Source: an uncultured archaeon
Lineage (GTDB): Archaea > Asgardarchaeota > Lokiarchaeia > Sigyniarchaeales > SOKP01
DNA: 64,000 nucleotides
Assembly (NCBI GenBank): GCA_964583985.1
Contig: CAZOYD010000002.1
Location: 1-64,000, forward strand
Direction: 5' to 3'
The position numbers and the translations under genes are program-made. This document shows, piece after piece, positions 1-10,771 of the stretch (positions are counted from its first letter, which is position 1; each line of letters starts with the position of its first letter). The notes under the pieces are model-generated. The model was not told the origin of the DNA. It did no database searches and saw only the letters and a list, made by a program, of their open reading frames with translations.

Positions 1-1247
1 CGCACGGCAAATCGTCCCATTTCTGGAAAATCTTCATATTTTTCAATGCAGAGTTTCTTTATGGGTTGTAATTTAACGATAGCAGATTCGTTTCGTTTTA
101 TGAATTTGGGTGAATCTTCAATGACAGCACCAGTTTTTTGATCAAGTTTCTTAATTAGTTCTACGAACTTTGCTGCTACTTGAGCGGTATGAGTGTGGAT
201 GACGGGAGTATACCCTTGAGCGAGGGCTGTTGGATGCCAAATGACGATTACTTGTCCAATCCAAAAGCCTTTTGGGGTGACAACAGTTGGTGGATCCTTC
301 GGATGACCCATGCAATCTCCCCTAGAAACATCCTTTAGTTCAATCCCTCTAATACTGAATCCAATATTGTCTCCTGGTACCGCTTCTTGAATTTCCTCGT
401 GATGCATCTCTATGCTTCGGATTTCCCCTTGGAATCCAGTTGGTTGAATGATGACCTTATCACCTTTTTTCAATATTCCAGTTTCTACCTTTCCAACAGG
501 CACTACACCAGTCCCCTTGATTCGATAGGCATCTTGAATAGGAACGCGCAATGCTTTACCCGTAGGTTTTTCTGGAATTACGAAGCTATCAATAGCTTCA
601 ATTAGAGTAGGACCCTTGTACCAAGGCATGTTAGGTGAAGGTTCGGTAAGGTTTTCAGCTTTAAGTCCGCTTACTGGAACGAAGTGGATTTTTTTTACGG
701 GAAAACCAATGTTTCGAAGCAATTCAGAGACTGCAGCGACGCATTCGTTGTATCGTTCTTCTTTGTATTCATAACTGTCTGCTTTATTTATGGCAACAAC
801 TAGTTGCTTTATGCCCAAAGTTTGAGCCAAGTAAGCATGCTCTCTGGTTTGACCGTTAGCTGCAATGCCCACTTCCATATCTCCTTTCTTTCCAGAAACG
901 ACAAGAACTGCGGCATCAGCTTGAGAGGCACCAGTGATCATGTTCTTTACGAAGTCAGCATGACCTGGAGCATCAATGATGGTGAAGTATTTAGAATTGG
1001 TTTCAAACTTTCGGAATGCTAAATCAATTGTAATACCTCTTTGACGTTCTTCTTTAAGGCGATCAAAGACATAGGCATATGACCAAGATTCACGATCGTA
1101 TTCCTTTGCTAGCTTTTCAAGCTCACGGGCTTCTCTATCTGAGATAGCTCCCGTTTTAATGAGCAGTGCGCCCATCATCGTTGATTTACCGTGATCTATG
1201 TGACCAATTATTACGAGATTTAAGTGCGGCTTATCTTTTCCTGACAT
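1..1247 (-). CDS. tuf: Translation elongation factor EF-1alpha (3' end runs off window)
   Basis: Not in the ORF track. Manual translation from ATG at 1247 gives MSGKDKPHLNLVIIGHIDHGKST...RGITIDL...DAPGHADFVKNMITGASQAD...INKAD, and MGRFAVR at the window edge is in the same frame. Confidence 0.97.
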   Translation of the reverse strand, partial: MSGKDKPHLNLVIIGHIDHGKSTMMGALLIKTGAISDREARELEKLAKEYDRESWSYAYVFDRLKEERQRGITIDLAFRKFETNSKYFTIIDAPGHADFVKNMITGASQADAAVLVVSGKKGDMEVGIAANGQTREHAYLAQTLGIKQLVVAINKADSYEYKEERYNECVAAVSELLRNIGFPVKKIHFVPVSGLKAENLTEPSPNMPWYKGPTLIEAIDSFVIPEKPTGKALRVPIQDAYRIKGTGVVPVGKVETGILKKGDKVIIQPTGFQGEIRSIEMHHEEIQEAVPGDNIGFSIRGIELKDVSRGDCMGHPKDPPTVVTPKGFWIGQVIVIWHPTALAQGYTPVIHTHTAQVAAKFVELIKKLDQKTGAVIEDSPKFIKRNESAIVKLQPIKKLCIEKYEDFPEMGRFAV

Positions 1248-1508
1248 TTTCAATCAATTTCCTTATTTTAATTTCAAAACAATATTTAAGAGTACTTTAA
1301 AAATAATTCTGAAATACAGTTTGAATAAGCAATTTAATGATATAAAATATATATTTTTTACGATAATTTTTAGCATGTTTTTGATAAAATCATGAGGGAT
1401 AAATGAAGTATGGTTCTTTTTCATTTTTCCCAGCGCGATCCTCCAATTGTTTATTTGATTTTTTTCATGGAAAAGGGTAAATTTTATGAAAATTGGAAGG
1501 TTCGAAAG

Positions 1509-1955
1509 CTAAAGCAGATCTTCGATTAATTCCAATTGATGTTCTTTAAATAATGCAAATATTTCATTTAATTCATCCATGAAATTGATGCAATTGCCAT
1601 TTTCATCCATAATCTCTGATTGCACTTTGTTGTTCAAAAATTTTGCAAACACGAGATCTAAATCATTTAGATTTAATCGTGTTTCTTTAAAAAAATCTAA
1701 GAGGTGATGAATATAAAAAGCTTTAACGTACATTTTCTCCTTGCTATATTGTTTTTCTAGATCTTTTTGATAAAAGAACTTTAATTGCCGTGATGCGTTG
1801 GTCTCTTCTTCATCAATATTGCTTCGGGCTTCATTAGAAAATGCCCATTCTGTTCCATAATCTATATTTTGATTGACATAATTTGCAATCAAACGATCGA
1901 TTTTTGCTTTATCTGTCCATTTACCATGTATGACCCAATTTGGCATTTTTTTCAT
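1509..1955 (-). CDS. Hypothetical protein, possible small metal-dependent hydrolase
   Basis: 148-aa ORF. N-terminal MPNWVIH and internal HHLLD loosely resemble Zn-dependent hydrolase ligand motifs. Confidence 0.5.
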   Translation of the reverse strand: MKKMPNWVIHGKWTDKAKIDRLIANYVNQNIDYGTEWAFSNEARSNIDEEETNASRQLKFFYQKDLEKQYSKEKMYVKAFYIHHLLDFFKETRLNLNDLDLVFAKFLNNKVQSEIMDENGNCINFMDELNEIFALFKEHQLELIEDLL

Positions 1956-2110
1956 GAGAATTTATAAAAGTGCTGTGATAAAAAATAGAGATAAAATAAT
2001 AAATTTTAAGGCATGAAAGCCAAAAATAAAAAACAATAACTGCTTACTGATCTTAAATTGCATGATATGCAATAATTTTAATATTAAAGTTATACTTCTG
2101 TTGATTCCCC

Positions 2111-2935
2111 ATGGTTAGAAATAAAACACAATTCCCAAAAGAAGGAGATTTTGTCATCGGTCGCGCAGTGAACATTCAAGATCAATATATTTATGTGGAT
2201 TTAACGGACTATGAAGGATTGCCTTCAGAAGAATTTGCTCAAGGGATGATTCACATAAGTGAAATTTCTAGTCGTTGGATAAAAAACATTAGAAATTATG
2301 TTAGGATCGGACAAGTTATTGTATGCCGAGTCTTAAAGGTAGATCCTTCAAAAGGACACATCGATCTTTCACTACGAAGAGTAAACTCAGCGCAAAAAAA
2401 GAAAGTCGCCAAAGAAAGGAAATATGCCGTAAAATTTGACAACATCCTGCAGTTCTTAACTGAAACTGAAGGAGTAAACATGACATTAGATGAAGCGTGG
2501 GAGAAAATCGGGTGGCCTTTATTGGATAATTTAAAATTTTATCAAGAAACTATTGAAACCCTGAAAGAAAATGGTGATGAAATCGTTTCAGAGCTAACAG
2601 ATATTCCCGATGATATCAAGAAGAAATTCCTTCAAGTTGTAAACGAGAATGTGGAAATCACCACGGTAAGGATATCTGGGAAGATCAAACTTATTAACAG
2701 GAAAGGCGATGGAATCGATCGAATCAAGGATACCCTGAAAAGCGTTATCGAAGTCGTAAAAAATCCTCGAGAAACGCGAAAACTCGATATCACGTATCTT
2801 GGAGCACCATACTATAGAATGGAAGTGATATCTAAGGATTATCTTGATGCGGAAGGCATTATTTCTGATGCAATAGATGTCTTAGATACTAAGATGGTGG
2901 AACATGAGGGGATATTTGAATTCGTAAGAGATTAA
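2111..2935 (+). CDS. eif2a: Translation initiation factor 2 alpha subunit (aIF2alpha)
   Basis: S1 domain with GMIHISEISSRWIKNIR, KGHIDLSLRRV, C-terminal YLGAPYY. Confidence 0.96.
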   Translation: MVRNKTQFPKEGDFVIGRAVNIQDQYIYVDLTDYEGLPSEEFAQGMIHISEISSRWIKNIRNYVRIGQVIVCRVLKVDPSKGHIDLSLRRVNSAQKKKVAKERKYAVKFDNILQFLTETEGVNMTLDEAWEKIGWPLLDNLKFYQETIETLKENGDEIVSELTDIPDDIKKKFLQVVNENVEITTVRISGKIKLINRKGDGIDRIKDTLKSVIEVVKNPRETRKLDITYLGAPYYRMEVISKDYLDAEGIISDAIDVLDTKMVEHEGIFEFVRD

Positions 2936-2955
2936 AACAAGAAGAAGGAATCATC

Positions 2956-3153
2956 ATGGTAAAATATCTCTTAAAATGTAAGGAATGCAAGCAATATGGT
3001 CTCAATAATCCAGAAAATACCGCAAAATGCTCGCATTGTGGAGGTCAACTGCTAAATCCGAGACCGTCAAAATATTCACCTATCGATAAGTATGGAAAAT
3101 ATCGGCGGGAATATTTCAAAGAAGATTTTAAAAAGAGATTTGAGAAAGATTAA
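2956..3153 (+). CDS. nop10: H/ACA RNP protein Nop10
   Basis: CxxC..CxxCGG zinc ribbon plus PSKYSPIDKYGKYRR; usual position after aIF2alpha. Confidence 0.93.
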   Translation: MVKYLLKCKECKQYGLNNPENTAKCSHCGGQLLNPRPSKYSPIDKYGKYRREYFKEDFKKRFEKD

Positions 3154-3800
3154 GGTAAATCTATTTTTTCAGCGAACTTTTCATTTATTAATATGATTGC
3201 GTTTTTGTAAGGCATGTTAATGACATCCTCCTTTTCAAAAGGACCATAATTTTTCATATCAACACCGACCAATGGAGGAGAATTCTTCACCATCCGGATG
3301 AGAGTATACTGATAATCAGTTTCCTCTTGAAAGGAGTCAGACTTTATAGGTTCTATTTTCACAGGAACTTCCAAATTATCCTTCTCTAACGACAATGTGG
3401 AAGATTCTTCAGAGATTGATTTCTCTATTGGTCTTTCTGGGAGAGGTGCAATATTGATTTTATCATAAGTTTTAAAGGAACCCACGAGATTTTGATAAAA
3501 TTTTTTTTCATGTTCGATCAGATGGTTAAGATTAATTTCTTCCAAATTCATAGCTGAATTAATTATCTTTATCTTCCTGACATGCAAAAAATCATCAAAA
3601 AGATAATTAAAATTTTTTCTAAATTCTTTTATGAGTCGGATTTTTATTGGATCATTGTCATTTAGATTAAAATCGTTGATTTTAGACTTAATTTCTTGAT
3701 ATCTAAGAAAAGTTTCTTCAGCTAAATCAATGAGATTCACTTGTTCTATTTCATTTTTCCATTGATTATATAGATCCTCATAATCTTTTTTGAAGTTCAT
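3150..3800 (-). CDS. GINS complex subunit Gins51 (Gins15)
   Basis: Helical A domain (RKIKII) plus C-terminal B domain VGVDMKNYGPFEKEDVINMPYKNA; directly downstream of priS. Confidence 0.88.
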   Translation of the reverse strand: MNFKKDYEDLYNQWKNEIEQVNLIDLAEETFLRYQEIKSKINDFNLNDNDPIKIRLIKEFRKNFNYLFDDFLHVRKIKIINSAMNLEEINLNHLIEHEKKFYQNLVGSFKTYDKINIAPLPERPIEKSISEESSTLSLEKDNLEVPVKIEPIKSDSFQEETDYQYTLIRMVKNSPPLVGVDMKNYGPFEKEDVINMPYKNAIILINEKFAEKIDLP

Positions 3801-3856
3801 CTAAATCTCATTTGATATGATATATAAAACAAGTTTACATACAATTAATTTTTAAC

Positions 3857-5173
3857 TCATATAATTTTTGCTACACCTTTACACAACAGAAATACGGCTA
3901 TGTGATGGGGAACTTCAATTTTCTCACCCCGTTCATATTCTCCATATGTTTCTCCTTTAATTTTTGTTAAGGGCACTTTTAATGAGGTGATTTCCAATTT
4001 CTGAGTGACATTTTTCTTACTTTTAAATACAATCGGGTCAATAAGTTCATTACTCTCATCTAATGGGTTAAATTCATCAAGTTGGGCATACTTAAGTTCC
4101 TGAACCTTAAACCCTGTTTTTCCATGTAAGGTTCCCGGATATCTGATGAGTCGGTGGATATCAATTGATACCGGTTCATCGATCTCAGCACCAACCTTCT
4201 TTATTACCGCTCTAAGTACTTTTTTCCACGTGGGCAAGCCAAACCCTTCTATTGCCCATATATTTCGCTGGTTATTATTGATAGTCTCTAAAAAATCTTC
4301 TCGATATTTCAATAAACTGTTAATTTGAGCGGAATTTAAACCACCAAAATGAGGATCACGCAAGAAATGATCTATTTCAAGGGCATTCAATCGTAAAATC
4401 TCCTCAAGTTTCGTCATTATCTTGTTTGACCAGCCTTGGTTTTCTTTTAAAAGCCCAATTATACCAGAGGATTTTTCACGTAACCCTAAAATTTCTAATG
4501 ATAAGTTTTCCCCGGTCAGGTAATCAACTATTTCTCTTCGCTGTTCACTAGTTAACGTCCTGATTCTTGGATCTTCGATCTTTAAATGATATCCCCGGTG
4601 GCCTGAGAATGCTATTTTGATTTGTTCAACATTTAGCGCAAAATCAGGTACCAGATAATTATCTATTAATTTTAGGATTTCCTTCTTGGTAAAATCTAAG
4701 CACTTATCACATATCCACGCAACACGTGTAATCCTTGATTTTTCACAGTTAGGACATTTTTCAGTCATACCCGTGCCATTCTTTCCACAATCATTACAAT
4801 ACCAAAGATCGTGATCGTTTTTACAATCGGTATAAAAATGATCCACATCAATATCTATTACAAAATCACAACCAAGATACCCCTTATCATCCATATCTTT
4901 TTTATCCGGGTGAGCATAAAGAGTTCCGCTTGAATAGGCGTGCTTTGGACTTTTTTGAATTAGAAATTGCCTTAACCCATCAATTCTTTTAAATCCTTCA
5001 TGTCTTTGCATGTGTTGATAATCCCATAGAAGAAATCCAAATTCTCTTTGATCCAGCAAGCTTACTTCTGGAATAATATTCTTGGGTTCTTGATAATAGG
5101 CTTGGAACAAATTCCGAAGAAAAATTTCATCACTCAATTTTCTTTTTTGGTTTAACCTCCTCTTTAGGTCCAT
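3857..5173 (-). CDS. priS: DNA primase catalytic subunit PriS (true start probably TTG at 5137)
   Basis: REFGF, DIDVD, FSGHRGYH, IDEPVSIDIHRLIRYPGTLHGKTG motifs; Cys-rich insertion. Confidence 0.96.
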   Translation of the reverse strand: MDLKRRLNQKRKLSDEIFLRNLFQAYYQEPKNIIPEVSLLDQREFGFLLWDYQHMQRHEGFKRIDGLRQFLIQKSPKHAYSSGTLYAHPDKKDMDDKGYLGCDFVIDIDVDHFYTDCKNDHDLWYCNDCGKNGTGMTEKCPNCEKSRITRVAWICDKCLDFTKKEILKLIDNYLVPDFALNVEQIKIAFSGHRGYHLKIEDPRIRTLTSEQRREIVDYLTGENLSLEILGLREKSSGIIGLLKENQGWSNKIMTKLEEILRLNALEIDHFLRDPHFGGLNSAQINSLLKYREDFLETINNNQRNIWAIEGFGLPTWKKVLRAVIKKVGAEIDEPVSIDIHRLIRYPGTLHGKTGFKVQELKYAQLDEFNPLDESNELIDPIVFKSKKNVTQKLEITSLKVPLTKIKGETYGEYERGEKIEVPHHIAVFLLCKGVAKII

Positions 5174-6317
5174 GTTTTCGATATTGTTTTAATTGCACGT
5201 AAAATAAGGGGTGTTGGATCTTTTTCTGAGAATTATTTTTTTTAGAAAAATACCCTTCCAAGCATAACTCATCATTATATTGCTTTGCCATGCAGAGGCT
5301 ATATGATTTTAATGTAGAACAAGAGTGGGGTGAATATTCCTTCTTTTTGGCAAATTGCACCTGATATTCCGTTTTCTTTCTATCAAAATCGGGTAATTGT
5401 GCAAACAAGTTTACAATCTCATCAATTGGAATTTCTAAAGAATGTAAAAAGAAAACAAGAAATAATCTTTCAATATGAGTTATATTTTGTCCTTGATCAA
5501 TCTTTAAAAGGATTTCGGCAACGCAAGGAGGAAAACTTTCTTCTACTTTTTCTCCTTTTTTATACTTAATTTCAAATGAAAATTCAAATTCTTCCTTCTT
5601 TAACTCCCATTCACCCAGAATTCTCTCGTTGAGTTCTCTGATTTCTTCGACTTGTAAAGCTCTTTTCGTAAAAGCTTCTAAACTGGCAAGATCTTTCTCT
5701 TGTTGAATTATTATCTTTTTTCTTATGACCTCTTGTAATAGACGAATTAAATCTTTTTTTTCAATCAGCACATATCCTTCAACTAAAGGGTTATGAACGA
5801 GCTTTCGATAATCATCTCTTAAATTAGATGCAAGCCGAAGGTAATCAATATAATGAATGCTGAATTGTGTTTGAAGCACTTGCTTTCCATTCTTATCTAA
5901 AATTAATCCAAAAGGAACTGGTTTATCGTAATATTTAATATCTAATTCCAAATCTTTACAAATAGAAAATAAATCGGAATCATTATTTTCTTTGATCATT
6001 TTATGATACATGTGTTTAGAATATAGGTTAGCAACTCTATTTGCAATTGGTATGCTATTATTCAGGTAAAGTAGAATTTTTAAAATGGTATAAAGAGAGA
6101 CGTTCAGCTCGTCTGCTTTATAATTTTTTATTTCTTCTAGGTTTTCAAAAGCGGTTTTAAATATACTAAAAATTCGATCCACTAATTCCCCATCGGGGTA
6201 TTCTGCTATTTTTTCCTTGATAAATTCCACAGGATCTTTTTCAGTCATCTCCGAATAATAAATATTCTTAGAAGGTAACCAAGGATAGTGTTTTATTAAC
6301 TCGTATGAGATGTCCAA
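5130..6317 (-). CDS. priL: DNA primase large subunit PriL
   Basis: YPW N-terminus, FPPC, HIER, Fe-S cysteines in YSPHSCSTLKSYSLC...C, HPL; overlaps priS. Confidence 0.93.
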   Translation of the reverse strand: MDISYELIKHYPWLPSKNIYYSEMTEKDPVEFIKEKIAEYPDGELVDRIFSIFKTAFENLEEIKNYKADELNVSLYTILKILLYLNNSIPIANRVANLYSKHMYHKMIKENNDSDLFSICKDLELDIKYYDKPVPFGLILDKNGKQVLQTQFSIHYIDYLRLASNLRDDYRKLVHNPLVEGYVLIEKKDLIRLLQEVIRKKIIIQQEKDLASLEAFTKRALQVEEIRELNERILGEWELKKEEFEFSFEIKYKKGEKVEESFPPCVAEILLKIDQGQNITHIERLFLVFFLHSLEIPIDEIVNLFAQLPDFDRKKTEYQVQFAKKKEYSPHSCSTLKSYSLCMAKQYNDELCLEGYFSKKNNSQKKIQHPLFYVQLKQYRKHGPKEEVKPKKKIE

Positions 6318-6785
6318 ATCAACATCGACTCCTTTTGAATTGTTCCTTCATCATGGTATGAAAAAATAAAGCAGATAAATAAGTAAATACTGAATAAAAT
6401 TTCTAAATAAATGTGTAATTACGATAAATAAATTAAAAAAATGTCTTGGAAATTTCAACGTACAACGCATTCTTTGATAGTCTTTTATTTTTTTACGATA
6501 ATTAAATTAAAAAATGAATGTTAAAATAAATGTAAAAAGTTTTCTACTGAGATTATCAAATAGAAAATAATAAATAACTAAAATAGTAAAATGAGATATA
6601 AAACAGAAATTTCCTTATCTCTTAAAATGAATAAAAAACAGTAAATATTTGAAAACCATAAGAAAAAATACCAGATTTTTTCTTAAGTAGAGAATAAAAA
6701 GTAATACTCATTCAGCGTCTCTCTTGGAAATTTTTATATACGTAATTATTCTAGTAGTACTTAACCAAAATCAAAATCAATTTTA

Positions 6786-8471
6786 TTGATAAAAATGAAA
6801 GAAGATATCAAATACTTATTACTTTCAGTTTTAATCTTTCCTATACTATTAATCATTGGGTTGAGTGTCTCATTTATGATATCGAGATTCATGCCTGGAG
6901 ATCCAGTTTTAGCATATCTTCCGGAGGGAACATTCACCATGACACAGTATCTACAAATGAAAGAAATCTTGGGGCTCAATGATCCCCTTATAATACAATT
7001 TATTAGATATTCACTAAACATGCTTTCTGGTAACTGGGGACTATCACTATCAATTGCACACTCTACACCAGTATTAGAATTAGTTTCACAAACGTTTCCT
7101 CGCACTTTAGATCTTTTATTTCTCCCATTATTAGTAAGCTTAGTGATAGGATATTATATTGGCAAGATCTCATTAAAAAGAACCGAATTAACAAATAGAG
7201 TGATTCAAATTGTTTCACTCCTGATTCTTGCTATACCAATAATGATAATCGGGATTGGATTTCAATTCTTTTTAGGTGGTATGTTTCCAATTTCTGGATA
7301 CAAAACTGTAGGGTCGGATGATCCCCCTTTTGTTTCTGGATTCCGTATAATTGACTCGATGTTATCAGGACAGTCGTACATTATCTCTGATTATTTATAT
7401 CATTTGATTTTACCTTGGATTACGTTAACGATTGTATTAGTTCCGCTCATAATTTTTCTCACTAGATCATATTTTTTAAACAGAAGATCTGAGCCCAGTT
7501 TACATCTTAAGTACCCCGTCGCCTCAATCTTGGCCACTGTCGCATTAGGTTATGGAATGGTAATGTCATTCACATTTTTGGTTGAAGGGATTTTTGGATT
7601 AAATGGATTTGGTCAATTATTAATCGCCGCAATTCATAACTCTGATAATTGGGTACTTAATATATTTGGGTTCATTTTTCCTCTAATTTTCACTTTCTTA
7701 ATATCCGGAAGCATGCTCCTGCTCACATTATACAGTTATATCAAGGGTGATCGTACAAATAATTTTAAATCAAATGAAATGGAAAGGAAAGAAAAAGATA
7801 TAACAGTTAAAAACGATAAACTCCGAAGTTTATATTTCCAGAACTTTAAAACTGATATACATGACCTTGGAAAAGACTTACTCGTAAAATTGAAATTGCC
7901 TTATACAATTATTGGGCTAGGAATAACAATTTTCGCAGTTATATTATATTTTATATTTGCATTACCAATCTCACTCATTTCGGTCTTTGTCTTTATTAGC
8001 GTAAGCTATGGTTTAATTGGAGGTTTAATTATTGGTTCTTTATTTAATCTGGTGAGAAATCGATATAAACGATCATTAGATGGCATGTTGATTCCGTTTT
8101 TCATGTATCCCATAATATTTACTGGATTTTTTAGTAGTTTAATCTTTATTCCATTTTTAGACATGGGAATGCAATATTTATTTATGGAATCAATCTATGG
8201 GATGATGCTAATACCAATCTTTGCGTTAATCATTACAAAAGCTAAATTTAATTTCGTAGCGATTTTGAAACAATTAATACCTTACATTCCGCTCATGATG
8301 GGATTCGTTTTAACAATAGATACGTATTTAGGATTTTTAGTATATTCTAGCACTATTCTTGGGGGTGATTTTTATATAGCACTTTTCATATTACTGTTGG
8401 GTTTTTACCTTCTTTATGTGGGATTAAGTCAGATTCCAAGAGAAATTCAAGAAATTAAGAGCGACATTTAA
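6786..8471 (+). CDS. Orphan peptide/nickel ABC transporter permease (DppB-like N-half fused to a second hydrophobic region)
   Basis: MPGDP, GLNDPLIIQF..Y..GNWGLS, HLILP, VEGIFGLNGFGQL motifs of DppB/OppB; ~220 further hydrophobic residues. Confidence 0.75.
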   Translation: MIKMKEDIKYLLLSVLIFPILLIIGLSVSFMISRFMPGDPVLAYLPEGTFTMTQYLQMKEILGLNDPLIIQFIRYSLNMLSGNWGLSLSIAHSTPVLELVSQTFPRTLDLLFLPLLVSLVIGYYIGKISLKRTELTNRVIQIVSLLILAIPIMIIGIGFQFFLGGMFPISGYKTVGSDDPPFVSGFRIIDSMLSGQSYIISDYLYHLILPWITLTIVLVPLIIFLTRSYFLNRRSEPSLHLKYPVASILATVALGYGMVMSFTFLVEGIFGLNGFGQLLIAAIHNSDNWVLNIFGFIFPLIFTFLISGSMLLLTLYSYIKGDRTNNFKSNEMERKEKDITVKNDKLRSLYFQNFKTDIHDLGKDLLVKLKLPYTIIGLGITIFAVILYFIFALPISLISVFVFISVSYGLIGGLIIGSLFNLVRNRYKRSLDGMLIPFFMYPIIFTGFFSSLIFIPFLDMGMQYLFMESIYGMMLIPIFALIITKAKFNFVAILKQLIPYIPLMMGFVLTIDTYLGFLVYSSTILGGDFYIALFILLLGFYLLYVGLSQIPREIQEIKSDI

Positions 8472-8763
8472 ATTATTTTTTTTTTACTTTTTTGAAAAAG
8501 GATCTTTTATGATTCAGTATCACACGTAACTTATATAAGAACGAGAAATTCTGCTATAGCTTCGATTGAAACTAGGAATACCGAATGAGGTAAAATCACC
8601 CCAAATAAAAATGATGGATATATAGAATATGAGATTTTAAGGGGGTGGCTTCTAATCATTCTATTTTTTCTAAATTTTCAAAAAAAATGTGATGGTCTAT
8701 ATCATAAAGAACTTATAGGATAGAAAAAAAGGGATCTTAAAATTTCTAAATAAATGATTTTGG

Positions 8764-8992
8764 CTAAAAATCATCCACGTCCTCATTGTCATCTTCATCT
8801 TCTTCATGTTCGACTCTTGGTGCCAGAAATAGTGATAATTCACAATCGTTTTCCAATTTAAAAATGATTTTTAGAGGGTAATCCGATTTTAAGCCCATTT
8901 CTAAATTCATGGTGATTGATGATATTTTCAGGATGGCTTTTAAGAACTCGAGATTATAGGAGCCAATGCAAGTCTCATTAATATTGTTAGAA
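8764..8992 (-). pseudogene. Duplicated 3' end of the PCNA gene (direct repeat of 12389-12617)
   Basis: Manual alignment: ~229 bp, 10 mismatches, perfect core ~8798-8946. Encodes SNNINETCIGSYNLEFLK...EDVDDF* with no in-frame start upstream of the homology. Confidence 0.93.
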
Positions 8993-9160
8993 GGTATGTG
9001 AGAGAAGTAAGATTTTAGCTTTATTAAAATTTAGACTGATTCAAATTTGTAATTAAATCGGACCTTTTTAAAGCTTTCATAATAATCTGGGACTAAACTC
9101 ATAAAAAATTGGAAGATAATATCCTTTTTTCAGATTATTTTAGATGAAAGTGATTTCACT

Positions 9161-10771
9161 TCATTTAAGTATTTTTGTCAATCTTAAGAGATATTCACCG
9201 TGAGAGATTTGTTTGGATTTTAATTCTTCAGAGAGTTCCTTCAATTGTGTTAAATTTTCCATTAGATCCTCTCTAAATTCCACGGATTCAAATAATTCTC
9301 CAATGATTGATTTCACATTTTCTCTTTCAGCATCAATTTTTCTCTCCTCTACATTCAGTAAGTCAAAATCTCGCTTATATTGTTTAATGTACTCATAAAG
9401 ATTTAGGCAAAAAGCGTCCATTTTTTCAGTTTCACCGTCAAATTCAAAGCCGAGCTTATCACTTAAATCAAAATAACTGTATCCTCCCCCATTCAAGTCG
9501 ATTTGTTTTAAATCTTCAAATCCAATGTCAGTTCCTTTTATTGGAATGATCTTAATACCATTGGTCAAGGCTAAAACGAGCTCATGCCGACTCTGAATAT
9601 CAGTAATCGAACTATTAGTAGCAATGAATAATAATAGATGGCTATCAGAAACGTCATTCTCTCCGCTACTATACACGTCAAGAATCTCTTCTTGTTCTTT
9701 TAATCTTTTCTTGAGGCCATTCACATTATATTTATTTTTATCATCTTTCGAATGGCTGATAAAAATTATAATAGGCGTTTTTCCTCTGCAAAACTTTAGG
9801 ATTGCGGGAGTATCTAAATTTGTTATATCCTTCCATTCATCATCCCACGGGTTGCCATACAAATGAGTATAATTTAGATTCTTACATCTCCCAAAGGAAA
9901 GCGGGAGAGATGACAACTGATTATAACCTATACTTAGTCTTTGGAGAAAGGAGAGGTCACCTATCGACTCCGGAAGAAATGTTAAATTATTCTTACTCAA
10001 ATGAAGTATTTTAAGTGATTTTACGAGACCTATCGCCTCGGGGAGAGTCTTTAAATTGTTATTTTCCATTTCTATGCTTTCGAGAGCTTTTAGCTTTGTT
10101 ATTGACTCCGGAAGAGAAGTGAATTGATTATTCTCTAAATCAAGTTTCTTAAGCGAGGAGAGGTTCCCTATAGAATCCGGTAGAGTTTTTAACTTATTAT
10201 TCTTCAAATTAAGTTCCTTAAGCGAGGAGAGGTTCCCTATGGAATTCGGGAGAATAGTCAACTGGTTATCATATAAATATAGATCCTGTAGCAATTTTAA
10301 ATCCTCTATTGATTCTTGGATATTTCTTAAATAATTACCACTCACCAATAACCGCTCAAGTGATGTTAGCTTTTTTATTGATTCTGGGAGATTTGTTAGC
10401 TTATTGTTACTCAAACCAAGATATTGAAGAGAAGTAAGATTACCTATTGACTCGGAGAGAGTTACTAACTGATTATCAAGAAGTACTAAACTTTCTAGTG
10501 ATTTCAGGTCCCATAATGACTCCGGGAGAGTAAGAAAATTATTTTTCCTTAAACCAAGATATGTGAGGTTGGAGAGATTACTTATCGATTCGGGGAGAGT
10601 CCTCAATCCTTGATTGAAGAGGAATAATCCAACAATGTTATCTCCTTCAACTTTATACCCAAAAATGTCCCATTTAATCTCTTCTATTTGTGGAATGGGT
10701 TTACCTATTATCTTTTCCAATTCTATCAAACATTTCGCTTGTTCGCGCTTTACATTGGATTTTGTTGTCAT
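9161..10771 (-). CDS. LRR-TIR protein 1 (about 11 LRRs + TIR-like domain + helical tail)
   Basis: 23-aa repeats LPESIGNLxxLxxLxLxxNxL, then IIIFISHS...LLLFIATNSS..SRHELVLA...IIPI. Confidence 0.85.
   Translation of the reverse strand: MTTKSNVKREQAKCLIELEKIIGKPIPQIEEIKWDIFGYKVEGDNIVGLFLFNQGLRTLPESISNLSNLTYLGLRKNNFLTLPESLWDLKSLESLVLLDNQLVTLSESIGNLTSLQYLGLSNNKLTNLPESIKKLTSLERLLVSGNYLRNIQESIEDLKLLQDLYLYDNQLTILPNSIGNLSSLKELNLKNNKLKTLPDSIGNLSSLKKLDLENNQFTSLPESITKLKALESIEMENNNLKTLPEAIGLVKSLKILHLSKNNLTFLPESIGDLSFLQRLSIGYNQLSSLPLSFGRCKNLNYTHLYGNPWDDEWKDITNLDTPAILKFCRGKTPIIIFISHSKDDKNKYNVNGLKKRLKEQEEILDVYSSGENDVSDSHLLLFIATNSSITDIQSRHELVLALTNGIKIIPIKGTDIGFEDLKQIDLNGGGYSYFDLSDKLGFEFDGETEKMDAFCLNLYEYIKQYKRDFDLLNVEERKIDAERENVKSIIGELFESVEFREDLMENLTQLKELSEELKSKQISHGEYLLRLTKILK

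Noticed and set aside
387-1022. Small + strand ORFs 387-605 and 804-1022
   Set aside because: Antisense shadows of EF-1alpha.
6318-6785. AT-rich intergenic region as a replication origin
   Set aside because: No ORB-like repeats with G-strings and no cdc6/orc1 gene nearby.
8764-8992. PCNA repeat as a DGR template/variable repeat or a second PCNA gene
   Set aside because: Mismatches are not adenine-specific, there is no RT, and the copy covers only ~75 codons with no start.
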